A stretch of 38,757 bases of DNA from Nanobdellota archaeon (GTDB taxonomy: Archaea; Nanobdellota; Nanobdellia; Woesearchaeales; GW2011-AR9): positions 1-38,757 of the forward strand of contig JBBSZV010000003.1 of assembly GCA_038044525.1 (NCBI GenBank), read 5' to 3'. A program made the translations under genes and the position numbers. Shown here piece after piece: positions 28,515 to 36,949 of the stretch (the first letter of the stretch is position 1; each line of letters opens with the position of its first letter). Under the pieces are notes generated by a model that was not told the DNA's origin, searched no databases, and saw only the letters and a list, made by a program, of their open reading frames with translations.

Positions 28515-28566
28515 GCAGAAAGATATTTATAATCAATTTCTTCTATAAAGAAGAAAGAGGCGCAAG

Positions 28567-29040
28567 ATGGTATTCCGGGAAGAAGACAAACATTTCTTAT
28601 CTTCATTATACATAGCTGTTGCCATTATCTTGACCTGGAAAGGGCTGTGGACGGGCATTTATGAAGTACCTTTCATTGGCAGCTTGCAATGTAAAATTTT
28701 AGGCCCATATTGTGGATCGTTCGTATTCCTCTTCATAGGTTTTGCCATGCTTATGTTCTCGGGAGCAATTTTCAAAGAATTTGATCCTCTGGGGGGGATC
28801 CAAAAAGCAGTAAATAAAACCTTGCATTCTATTTATACCCACCAGGATAAAAAAAATTTTCAGTTTAAATATTATGATAAATCACAAAAAAAGAATGTTG
28901 CTATTCCGGCTGCTTGGGTAAAAAAAATAGAAAAAGATGCTTTAATAGCTGTGCCCCCGCACCAGAAAAAGGAAATATTCATTCCCGTACACAGAGTAAC
29001 GGAAGTTCTTTACAAAGGAAAGAGTTACTGGAGACTATAA
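28567..29040 (+). CDS. 2-TM membrane protein with C-terminal MJ1316/DUF504 domain (paralogue 1)
   Basis: TM1 with WKGLW, TM2, then F.Y.D...IP...IPVHRVTEV.YKGK..W. Confidence 0.8.
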   Translation: MVFREEDKHFLSSLYIAVAIILTWKGLWTGIYEVPFIGSLQCKILGPYCGSFVFLFIGFAMLMFSGAIFKEFDPLGGIQKAVNKTLHSIYTHQDKKNFQFKYYDKSQKKNVAIPAAWVKKIEKDALIAVPPHQKKEIFIPVHRVTEVLYKGKSYWRL

Positions 29041-29041
29041 T

Positions 29042-29476
29042 ATGATGGCTTGGGAAGATATAAAAAAATATTTTTGGTACCTTTTTGGCATCATAGGGGT
29101 GGTATATTTCTGGGCGGGTGTCTGGGATGGAGTTGGAAACATCGGACCGCTTAAAAATCCGCTTTATAGTTTTATTGCCGGCGTAGTTTTACTCAGTCTC
29201 TCCCGTGTAATCCTTAAAGATGCCAATCCCTTATGGGGCTTAGAAAAACCAGCCAAACTAGAGGCCAAGAAAGTACACCGCCATCCGCAGAAACCAGAGT
29301 TCCATTTCAAGTATAAAGATCACGTCAGCAATAAGGAAATCATGCTGCATGCTAAAAACTTAAAGAAGATTGAAAAAGAATTCTTGGTATTCTTAGACCG
29401 TGGAAAAGAAATTTTCATCCCTTTGCACCGAGTAACCCAAATCACGCATAAAGGAAAGACGCATTGGAAGGCATAA
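29042..29476 (+). CDS. 2-TM membrane protein with C-terminal MJ1316/DUF504 domain (paralogue 2)
   Basis: TM1 with WAGVW, TM2, then HPQKPEFHFKYKD...IPLHRVTQITHKGK..W. Confidence 0.8.
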   Translation: MMAWEDIKKYFWYLFGIIGVVYFWAGVWDGVGNIGPLKNPLYSFIAGVVLLSLSRVILKDANPLWGLEKPAKLEAKKVHRHPQKPEFHFKYKDHVSNKEIMLHAKNLKKIEKEFLVFLDRGKEIFIPLHRVTQITHKGKTHWKA

Positions 29477-29477
29477 G

Positions 29478-29945
29478 ATGCAATACTTAAATAAGGAAGC
29501 GATCACTCCGCTGATGATCGCGTTCCTGCTCATCTCCTTTGCAGTTGCGGTCGGAGTGGTGATCATGAATTTAGGAAGCGCGGAAGTGGAAGAGAAAGCA
29601 GAATGCGCCATCGAGATCGGGCTGCGATTTTCGGAGATAGACGGAAAACAACAGGTATGTTATGATGCCGGTAAGAAAATCTTCGCGTTCACGGTCGAAA
29701 ATGGAGTTAATATCAATGTAGAAGGATTAGTTGTCAATATCATAGGGACAGAAAAAGCTGAAACCTTTGAATTAAATGAAGCGAAAATGGGGAAAGCGGC
29801 AGTGTATCTGGGAAGGGTGCCGTTTGATACCGTCTCTTCCGGAGAAATAAGACAGGTGAAAATATCCCCAAAAATCATCCCTTACGATCAAGAAGAAGTC
29901 TGCATCGAGCAGGCCATTTTAGTAGAAAGCGTTAAAGCCTGCTAA
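29478..29945 (+). CDS. Archaeal type IV pilin/archaellin-like protein
   Basis: Class III signal-like NKEA|ITPL followed by a hydrophobic helix; beta-rich domain with Cys pairs. Confidence 0.7.
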   Translation: MQYLNKEAITPLMIAFLLISFAVAVGVVIMNLGSAEVEEKAECAIEIGLRFSEIDGKQQVCYDAGKKIFAFTVENGVNINVEGLVVNIIGTEKAETFELNEAKMGKAAVYLGRVPFDTVSSGEIRQVKISPKIIPYDQEEVCIEQAILVESVKAC

Positions 29946-29984
29946 AATATATATCGGTTGATGTTTTGCCCCATATGATTTTAG

Positions 29985-30773
29985 GTGGAAAAAATGGAAA
30001 TTGAAATTAATCTAACCAAATCAATTGAAGAGAACGCAGGAAAATATTTTGAATCCGCTAAAAAAGCCAGGAGAAAAATGGAAGGGGCTAAAAAGGCTTT
30101 GACGGAGACTAAAAAGAAACTAGAATTGCTGTTGAAACAGGAATCAAAATTTCTGGAAGAAACTGCTGTCAAGCAGGCCAACCGGCAAAAGAAGCGCGAA
30201 TGGTATGAAAAATTCCACTGGTTCTTCTCCTCAGAAGGGTTCTTGTGCGTCGGCGGAAAAGATGCAACCTCTAACGAAGTAATAATCAAGAAACATCTGG
30301 AAAAGAATGACTTGGTTTTGCACACGGATATGGCCGGTTCCCCATTTTTTGTCATCAAGAACGGGCAGGAAGCCGGAGAACAGACCCTCAAAGAAACTGC
30401 GCAGGCGGTGGCTGTATATTCGCGCGCTTGGAAATTATGGCACACTTCTGCGGACGTATTTTATGTCAAGCCAGAACAGGTGACTAAGGAAGCCAGGCCC
30501 GGCGAATACCTGACCAAGGGAAGTTTCATGATTTACGGCAAGACCAATTATCTTCATCCCTCTCTGGAATATGCCATCGGGCTGGCCGACGGAGAGATCA
30601 TCGGCGGACCAAAAACCGCAGTAGAAAAAAACACCAAATCTTTTGTGGTAGTAATCCCGGGAAAAGAGAACAAAGGAAGTTTAGCCAAAAAGATCAAACA
30701 TAAACTTAAGGGGGGAGATTTGGATGATATTATCAAGTTTCTTCCTGCTGGCGGCGGGGAATTGAAAAGATAA
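29985..30773 (+). CDS. NFACT-R domain protein (N-terminally truncated Rqc2/NEMF homologue)
   Basis: ENA..YF..AKK coiled coil, WYEKFHWF.SSEGFL.VGGKDA..NE, H.D..GSP, GEYL.KGSFMIYG. Confidence 0.9.
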   Translation: MEKMEIEINLTKSIEENAGKYFESAKKARRKMEGAKKALTETKKKLELLLKQESKFLEETAVKQANRQKKREWYEKFHWFFSSEGFLCVGGKDATSNEVIIKKHLEKNDLVLHTDMAGSPFFVIKNGQEAGEQTLKETAQAVAVYSRAWKLWHTSADVFYVKPEQVTKEARPGEYLTKGSFMIYGKTNYLHPSLEYAIGLADGEIIGGPKTAVEKNTKSFVVVIPGKENKGSLAKKIKHKLKGGDLDDIIKFLPAGGGELKR

Positions 30774-31129
30774 TGGAATCCGAACTAAAACTGTGGGAAA
30801 TTGTTATCCGTTACGATGCCCACCATATTGATGGCACCGCCCCTCTGAAAAAATCATACCGAGTCATCGGAATAGATAAAGAAGAAGCGCTGGAAAAAGC
30901 CCGTTCTCTGTTTTGTGAGCAGGAATGGAAAGGAAAAGAACTTGTAGAAAATGCCAGGTACATAAGCAGAGAAGTTACGCTTGACAACTATAGAGAAAGT
31001 ATCCGAGAATATCGTAAAAAAATCCCCGCGCCTGAAATGAATGACCCCAATGCACAGAAATTCAAATTAACACCCAGAATATCAGATGATGGCAGGAGCA
31101 TTGAGTTTATTGTCAATGAGAAGCCATAA
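30773..31129 (+). CDS. Hypothetical protein
   Basis: 118-aa ORF translationally coupled (TAATG) to the NFACT gene. Confidence 0.7.
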   Translation: MESELKLWEIVIRYDAHHIDGTAPLKKSYRVIGIDKEEALEKARSLFCEQEWKGKELVENARYISREVTLDNYRESIREYRKKIPAPEMNDPNAQKFKLTPRISDDGRSIEFIVNEKP

Positions 31130-31197
31130 AAGCGCGGAGAGTAAGCCATTCTAATACATCAACGTTTTTAAAGAAAAGGCGTTTTTAACTGCCTGAT

Positions 31198-31337
31198 GCC
31201 CCCGTCGTCTAGCCTGGATACTTTAGGTAAGGCAAATAGGACGCGAGCTTGCGGTCAGAAACGACAAAAAGCTTGAAGCCGGAGTTCAAATGCCAGCAAT
31301 CGAAAATAGATACTGGATGAAATTCTCCGCGGGGGCG
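31198..31337 (+). tRNA. tRNA-Arg(GCG) with three introns (31218-31235 D-loop at 19/20; 31255-31269 at 37/38; 31291-31323 at 59/60)
   Basis: Acceptor GCCCCCG/CGGGGGC+G; D-loop BHB CTA-GCCT-GGA-TAC..GTA-AGGC-AAA-TAG; anticodon stem CGAGC/GCTTG, loop TT-GCG-G^A; T stem CGGAG/CTCCG. Confidence 0.9.
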
Positions 31338-31380
31338 TTGCGGCGGGGGCGACCCCGCTTTTTCTTAATCACCTAAGTAA

Positions 31381-31538
31381 CAAAAATGTGCTAAGTATAT
31401 GCGAGCCTATCCTCGTCTTAAAAGACGAGGCTTTACGGCTCGCAATTATATCGCACATTTTTGGAACAGAAAATCAGCGCTAACTATTGCGATTCATCCT
31501 CGGTCTGAAAGACCGAGGCTTTCTCGCTGATTTTCTTG
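31381..31538. repeat. Twin-hairpin module whose two arms each carry an IS200/IS605-like palindrome
   Basis: CAAAAATGTGC..GCACATTTTT-GGAAC-AGAAAATCAGCG..CGCTGATTTTCTTG with inner ATCCTCGTCTTAAAAGACGAGGCTTT and ATCCTCGGTCTGAAAGACCGAGGCTTT. Confidence 0.78.
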
Positions 31539-31545
31539 TAAAAAA

Positions 31546-31977
31546 TCATTTCTCGAACACGGCATCAATCCCGTTGATATGCTGAATATCACGACTGAAT
31601 CCGTAGTAGGTATCAAGAGCTCTAAGGAGCAGAGATTTAAACGGGCCGTATTCGATATTATGTCTTAAGTCTAAAATCTGGCAGGCATCGTCTTCTCCAA
31701 CAATCTGTTCATGATAAGCGCCGGCCACGTCAAGGCGATAAATGCGCGGCCGGTGTAACTGCAGGATCAGATCGCAGACTTCAGCAAATTCCTGCCCGCC
31801 GGATGTTAATGGCTTCCCGTCCGCTTTCTTAAAAATATCTGCAAGATCGAATGCGGCCAGCTGGTCCTGCAATCCATATCTAACCCGTAGTCGTAATAAT
31901 CCGGTTTCCCAAATAATCTCTACCGCAGACTGCGGCGAACTTGATAAGACCGGATAGTCCATTTTTATTTTGTCCAT
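31546..31977 (-). CDS. Hypothetical protein
   Basis: ORF with coding-like composition; start reassigned to ATG 31977. Confidence 0.65.
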   Translation of the reverse strand: MDKIKMDYPVLSSSPQSAVEIIWETGLLRLRVRYGLQDQLAAFDLADIFKKADGKPLTSGGQEFAEVCDLILQLHRPRIYRLDVAGAYHEQIVGEDDACQILDLRHNIEYGPFKSLLLRALDTYYGFSRDIQHINGIDAVFEK

Positions 31978-31996
31978 GTTTATTTGAAAAAAGATT

Positions 31997-32110
31997 TTAT
32001 TTGAAAAGCCGCCCGTTATTTTCAATTGAATTTCCCGGTGCATTTGGATTACGCCCCACTACTCCCACATCTTGTTTTGCAAACCAATCCAGCCATTCCA
32101 CGATATCCAT
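31997..32110 (-). CDS. Possible 37-aa small protein (MDIVEWLDWFAKQDVGVVGRNPNAPGNSIENNGRLFK)
   Basis: GTGAT RBS-like motif before the ATG; fills the gap between co-oriented genes. Confidence 0.35.
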   Translation of the reverse strand: MDIVEWLDWFAKQDVGVVGRNPNAPGNSIENNGRLFK

Positions 32111-32187
32111 CTTATCACGTGCATAAACATCTCTGACGGGGAAAAAAGCAAACGGAAGTTTATAGAGAACCATTATAAGTTATATCA

Positions 32188-32604
32188 TTATAAGTTATAC
32201 AGTTTTAAGTTGGGTACTTCAACGTTGCAGTAAGGGCAATTGTGGGGCATTTTCTTGTAAGGATCGTACTTGAATTTATAGGCGCACTTAAAGCAGCCCA
32301 GCTTCACCAGATTGCTGCCGGGAATCTTTTCAATGTTAGTTTGTGGCTCGCTTTGCCGTTTAAGCCTAGCCATCTTTTCCAGGTATTCGTCCTCTTTATC
32401 CCAGCCGGCCGGCTTTCTCTGCTCAGCCGGAGCCGCTACGGCTGCTGCCTTTTTTCTTTCTTCCTGCTCAAACTTCCCGCTGGTGCAGTTCGGACATACT
32501 ACCTGTTTATATTTATAATGCAGCTTAAATTGGCTGGCGGGGGCAAAACCCTTGCAAACACGGCATTGTATACGCAAATTGTCATCCATATTCGCGTAAA
32601 ACAT
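32188..32604 (-). CDS. Double zinc-ribbon protein
   Basis: CRVC..CPNC and CFKC..CPYC. Confidence 0.8.
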   Translation of the reverse strand: MFYANMDDNLRIQCRVCKGFAPASQFKLHYKYKQVVCPNCTSGKFEQEERKKAAAVAAPAEQRKPAGWDKEDEYLEKMARLKRQSEPQTNIEKIPGSNLVKLGCFKCAYKFKYDPYKKMPHNCPYCNVEVPNLKLYNL

Positions 32605-32653
32605 GAGGAGATATTTATACTTTTTGGGTGCGGAAAAGAATTATTTGCATGAT

Positions 32654-32694
32654 AAATCAAAAACCCAATCGGAGCAGAGCTCCGGGGTATGTGA
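32654..32694. repeat. REP/IS200-IS605-like palindrome copy
   Basis: AAATCAAAAACCC..CGGAGCAGAGCTCCGGGGTATGTGA parallels AAATCAAAATCCCCACAGCAAGCTGTGGGGTATGAGA at about 18165-18201. Confidence 0.6.
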
Positions 32695-32807
32695 CCCCGC
32701 GGAAGTAATTAAGTTACCCATATAATGCCGTGTAACTTTACGGGAATAACGCTGGTACGATACCCGTACAACAAATACTTTAAAAATCACTAAAATATTC
32801 TTCTCTT

Positions 32808-33302
32808 ATGCATCCTTTCTGGGAAAAAACAGAGCATTATAACCGTAAGTTGATCGCTCCAGCGCTAATTTTGCTGTTAGGTATCATCATCTACGAACTG
32901 TTCTTCCACGCTGAAAACTGGATATTAGAACTGGCGGTCGAGATTGCTGATACTTTAGTAATCACCGTGTTTGCCATCGACCTCGTCTTTTTGGCCATAA
33001 GATCCCGGAGCGCAAAATTTTTCTTCAAGAATTATTGGCTGGATGTCCTGGCAGTATTCCCTTTCGCCATCTTCTTTAATTTTATCAACTCGCTTTACCG
33101 GGCGATTGTAGTGACCGAACAGCTGGCAGTAGGACAGGCGCTTCTTCACGAGACGGTAGAAGTCGGCCGGGAAGCTAAAGGCTTATCCAAGGGCGGAAAG
33201 ATTGCCCGCTTCCTGCGGATTGCTGCAAGAATATTAAGAGTAGTGACCAAATCAAGATTATTTGCTAAAGTACACCACCGCAGGACTAAAAAAAGGCGTT
33301 GA
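32808..33302 (+). CDS. Stand-alone voltage-sensor-like (ion transport S1-S4) membrane protein
   Basis: S2 D....F..D, S3 WLDVLAVFPF, S4 ARFLRIAARILR; no pore helices follow. Confidence 0.7.
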   Translation: MHPFWEKTEHYNRKLIAPALILLLGIIIYELFFHAENWILELAVEIADTLVITVFAIDLVFLAIRSRSAKFFFKNYWLDVLAVFPFAIFFNFINSLYRAIVVTEQLAVGQALLHETVEVGREAKGLSKGGKIARFLRIAARILRVVTKSRLFAKVHHRRTKKRR

Positions 33303-33303
33303 A

Positions 33304-33666
33304 TCATTTCACGTCCGGATTCAGCGCACGAGCCATGGTTTCATTATACCTTCGCGCCAATTCTTCAATCCCCTCGAGGTTTCTAAAAAAGGTGTATCGG
33401 ACAAAATTGAATTCCGTCCTGGTCTCCAATACCGATGCCACGGCTCTTCCATAAAAAGAAAGATAAGTCACTCGTTCATCTGATTGAATGCCGGAATACT
33501 CTATCATCCCGGATTTGATCAGAAAATAATTCAGCCCCGGTTCCAAGTTGTAAAAGGTTCTGATGTGTTCAACAGTATCGCAAAAGAAATCATCGATGGT
33601 CGGTTGAACCAAATGTTGTTCACCGGTATTGACCGTAACCGATTCCGGAATTGGTTTTGGTTCCAT
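33304..33666 (-). CDS. Hypothetical protein
   Basis: 120-aa ORF co-oriented downstream of cca. Confidence 0.65.
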   Translation of the reverse strand: MEPKPIPESVTVNTGEQHLVQPTIDDFFCDTVEHIRTFYNLEPGLNYFLIKSGMIEYSGIQSDERVTYLSFYGRAVASVLETRTEFNFVRYTFFRNLEGIEELARRYNETMARALNPDVK

Positions 33667-33703
33667 AAATCCCAGAAAAGCGCGCCACTTTAAAAGAATT
33701 AGG

Positions 33704-34963
33704 TCAGATAATTTTTAACACTTTCAGTTGTTTGATCCGTTCACGGACATAATCATCTTTCAGCGCGCTGGCGGCAAAATCGGCAATCTTCGGATGCCCC
33801 ACCTTAACTTTAGCCATTATCCTTCCCCGGCCTTCAAAAGTATGTTCATTCTTACTTTTGAAGTCGGCGACATATTCTTTCATCCTGAGGGGCGGACCGA
33901 TCTTGATCTCATATTCCAGCAGTTCTTTTTTCTTGAGGACAAAATAAATGGCGGCATCCTGCTTTTTATCCCAATCCCATCCTGAAGCAAGCACCGTGAA
34001 AGGAGCTAATTTCTGTTTCAGACATTCAAACACTTTCAGGATTTTAGCTCCAGTTACGTCTTCTTTTCCTTTCAGCGCGATGAGTTCAAGATACAAAATA
34101 GTTCCTTTATTATTCTTGCGCAAGGCAGATAAATCCAAGATCTCTTTTTCAAAAAACTCCTCGCCAGGCTTATGTAAATATTTTTTAGCAGTATCTTTGA
34201 ACCGCAGGAATTTATCTTCGGACAAAGCCGCGGCCGCATTCCTGCTTTTATCTACCGGATCGACTACAATCAACGGCGACTGTAATTTGGAGCTGTTGAT
34301 GTGGAATAAAGCTTCTCTGCCTTTGTAAAAGCGGGAAGGATCAACAATATCTTTCTCTTTCCATTTCAGCGCTGCTTTCAAGACTTTCTCAAACGAACCA
34401 TAATGCGCAATCAAGATTTCCAACACATACCCGCTGAAGCCGCCGATATACGATTCAGCACCATAAAGATTATGCGCTTTGCAGAACTGTTTCAGCAGAC
34501 GGATATCGTCTTTGCTTTTTGCGGCGTGTTTATTTACCCACTGCGAATGCAGCGGTGAAATGTCCGTGATATTGACCGCCTGTTCAGCCCGGGAGATTTT
34601 TAGGATGGGGACTACTTCAAAATTAAATCCTTCAAAAGAAAGCTTAAAGTAATCCCTGCTTCCGTGCACCCGGCTGATCTTAGTACCAGAAAATGCTTTT
34701 TTCAGCACTGTTTCCAAGAGATTAGATAATCCAGGAGACTTATCCCTAAACTTAGAATATCCATACAAAACAAAAATATCCATATCGTGATTTCCGGACA
34801 GCCAGGTGCCTTTAGCTCCGCTACCCCCCAGAATTGCTTTCCCCTCTTTCAGAGAAGAATTAAGTTTCCGTAAAAATAAAGTCGTGGCGGCAGAAAATCT
34901 TCTTTCTTCCGCCGGTTCTGGCCTGATTTTTGCAGGAATTTTTGGGGCCGGAATTTTTTTCAT
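33704..34963 (-). CDS. cca: Archaeal class I CCA-adding enzyme
   Basis: GS.AKGTWL....DMDIF, RLLKQFCK...YGAE....GFSGY..E, DPVD..RN.AAALS. Confidence 0.93.
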   Translation of the reverse strand: MKKIPAPKIPAKIRPEPAEERRFSAATTLFLRKLNSSLKEGKAILGGSGAKGTWLSGNHDMDIFVLYGYSKFRDKSPGLSNLLETVLKKAFSGTKISRVHGSRDYFKLSFEGFNFEVVPILKISRAEQAVNITDISPLHSQWVNKHAAKSKDDIRLLKQFCKAHNLYGAESYIGGFSGYVLEILIAHYGSFEKVLKAALKWKEKDIVDPSRFYKGREALFHINSSKLQSPLIVVDPVDKSRNAAAALSEDKFLRFKDTAKKYLHKPGEEFFEKEILDLSALRKNNKGTILYLELIALKGKEDVTGAKILKVFECLKQKLAPFTVLASGWDWDKKQDAAIYFVLKKKELLEYEIKIGPPLRMKEYVADFKSKNEHTFEGRGRIMAKVKVGHPKIADFAASALKDDYVRERIKQLKVLKII

Positions 34964-35703
34964 GGTAAAATGATCCTCATGCCTTTTTGAAGGGTTTTCT
35001 TGATGGATTTCCCTTCTTTTTCTATGCGATGCAGATCCCTGATGATTAAAGCATGGATGTCCTCTTTGAATAAAAACAAAATCAATAAACCTGTCACTGC
35101 CAGGGTTATGACGATTAAGGGCATGCTGACATTTCCTGCGCTTAGTTCTGCTCCAAAATAAGTCAACAGGATCATCTGCACTACAAATCCGGCGGTGGAA
35201 ACTAAATTGAACCGCAGCAGATCTATATTTGTAAGGCCTGCGGTAAAGCTGACCAGATCATTCGGAAATATCGGCGCAACTCTGGCCAGAAACAAAGCCA
35301 GCAGTTTCTTCTGCTTGAAGAACAAAGTGAAATGAGTGATGTCGTGGTGCTCAAAAAAAATACTGGCGATCTTGGCGCCATAATTTCTGGCCAAGGTAAA
35401 TATGATCATAGAGCCGATGAAAGCCCCGATCACACTGTAAACTAAACCCCATAAGGGACCGAATATGAACCCCGCTAAAACCGTGGTGAGCTGAGATGGA
35501 ACGATAGAGATGGTTGTTTGAAAAGCCTGCAGCAATATGATGCCTAGAGGCGCTAAGATGCCAAAGCCCAGAACAAAAGAACGAAGAGATTCCGGATTGA
35601 CCAACGAATTTTTCACCGTTTCCGATTCGGAAACAGCATAGAAAATGCCTAAGATTACCGCAATCAACAGAAGAAACCGCAGTTTGGTAGTGCCTCTTTT
35701 CAT
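34960..35703 (-). CDS. TVP38/TMEM64 (DedA/VTT domain) membrane protein
   Basis: P......AG.IFG...G, RVAPIFPND..SF.AG. Confidence 0.88.
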   Translation of the reverse strand: MKRGTTKLRFLLLIAVILGIFYAVSESETVKNSLVNPESLRSFVLGFGILAPLGIILLQAFQTTISIVPSQLTTVLAGFIFGPLWGLVYSVIGAFIGSMIIFTLARNYGAKIASIFFEHHDITHFTLFFKQKKLLALFLARVAPIFPNDLVSFTAGLTNIDLLRFNLVSTAGFVVQMILLTYFGAELSAGNVSMPLIVITLAVTGLLILFLFKEDIHALIIRDLHRIEKEGKSIKKTLQKGMRIILP

Positions 35704-35816
35704 AGACCGGTGAAAGTCGTATGCGTTTATAAATTTTAGTGAATATGGCGCATTTCTTACCCCACGACGATAGTGACAACAATTTTTTAAACTTTAACCG
35801 CTTTTAACTTGATCAA

Positions 35817-36113
35817 ATGGCTTTATCAACTGCTAAGATGCAATGTTTCGGCTGCGGGAAATTGATGGAAAAAGCGCAGATGTTTTCAACTTTAGATTCT
35901 TCGCGGGAGATGCGCTTCCAATGTTCCGGGTGTTACAAGCACAACAAGACTGATTTCATGGGAGAAAAAAAAGCAGTGGCTGCTCCGACCAAAAAAGAAT
36001 TCTTCTGCGGAAGATGCCGCTATAAATTCAAAGCCAAAAATACCCTCTGCCCTTACTGCAGCAAAGAAGACCAAGTGGTAGAACAGCTTCATTCAGTGAA
36101 GGATTTTCTGTAA
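35817..36113 (+). CDS. Double zinc-ribbon protein
   Basis: CFGC..CSGC and CGRC..CPYC; YKFK motif shared with 32188-32604. Confidence 0.8.
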   Translation: MALSTAKMQCFGCGKLMEKAQMFSTLDSSREMRFQCSGCYKHNKTDFMGEKKAVAAPTKKEFFCGRCRYKFKAKNTLCPYCSKEDQVVEQLHSVKDFL

Positions 36114-36154
36114 GGGCTAGCCATCGCTATACGAAGACGTAAGACTTATATTAT

Positions 36155-36874
36155 TCAAGAATAAACGTCCTGCTTCTCCGTAAACTTTACATCGTCATCT
36201 TCCACCCGGTTGAAGACCGGGACGTCAAATTCATGCCGTTCGCCGCCCACATCCACACGCAAAGGCAGTCCGGAAAAGACATCTACCCACATGAAAATAT
36301 CCTCGTTGACTTTTAACACCCACACTTTACGATTAAATACCAGTTCTTCAGATGTCTTTTCAGCGCTGGTGATTTCTTCTGCCCAATCAAAGGGGGTCTT
36401 GATATAATATTGGTCATAATCCGCTGAACCTATATCCCCGGTTTTAATGCAGTATTTCTGGCTTTCACAATAAAAATTAGCGGTCCTGCTTACAGTATTA
36501 AAGATAATAATATCCATTTCATTTTTATTAAGGACTTTCCTCTGAATAGGCAGTTCTCTTTTTACCATAACGCCCTTAATCCAGAATTTTAAAGATGGTT
36601 CTAATGGTTTATCAACCCGTTTATAATTGTAAGACATGCTGGCTATATCCTTTCGCTGGTCAAGTAGTTCCTGGACATCTGCCGGGACGAGATTGGAAGT
36701 TTTTTCTGCGGGCGCAATCTGCTCCGGTTCCGGCTTGTCTGCTGAAGAGCAAAGATTCGGATCCAAAACTTCGCTTCCGTCGGGACAAACGTATCTGACT
36801 GCACAAGAAGAAACGGCAATTACTAACGCCAACAGCAATAAGGACTGCAATAGTAATAACCGCGCTCTTTTCAT
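36155..36874 (-). CDS. Secreted lipoprotein, possible LolA-like/DUF4412-type beta-rich fold
   Basis: Signal ending in SSC, VCPDG....C motif, WVD...GLPLRV. Confidence 0.65.
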   Translation of the reverse strand: MKRARLLLLQSLLLLALVIAVSSCAVRYVCPDGSEVLDPNLCSSADKPEPEQIAPAEKTSNLVPADVQELLDQRKDIASMSYNYKRVDKPLEPSLKFWIKGVMVKRELPIQRKVLNKNEMDIIIFNTVSRTANFYCESQKYCIKTGDIGSADYDQYYIKTPFDWAEEITSAEKTSEELVFNRKVWVLKVNEDIFMWVDVFSGLPLRVDVGGERHEFDVPVFNRVEDDDVKFTEKQDVYS

Positions 36875-36949
36875 GCTTCAGAGGTTATCGCCATAATATA
36901 TAAAATTTACCCCTAATAATTTTTAAAGAAGATATAGATTTAATCATTA

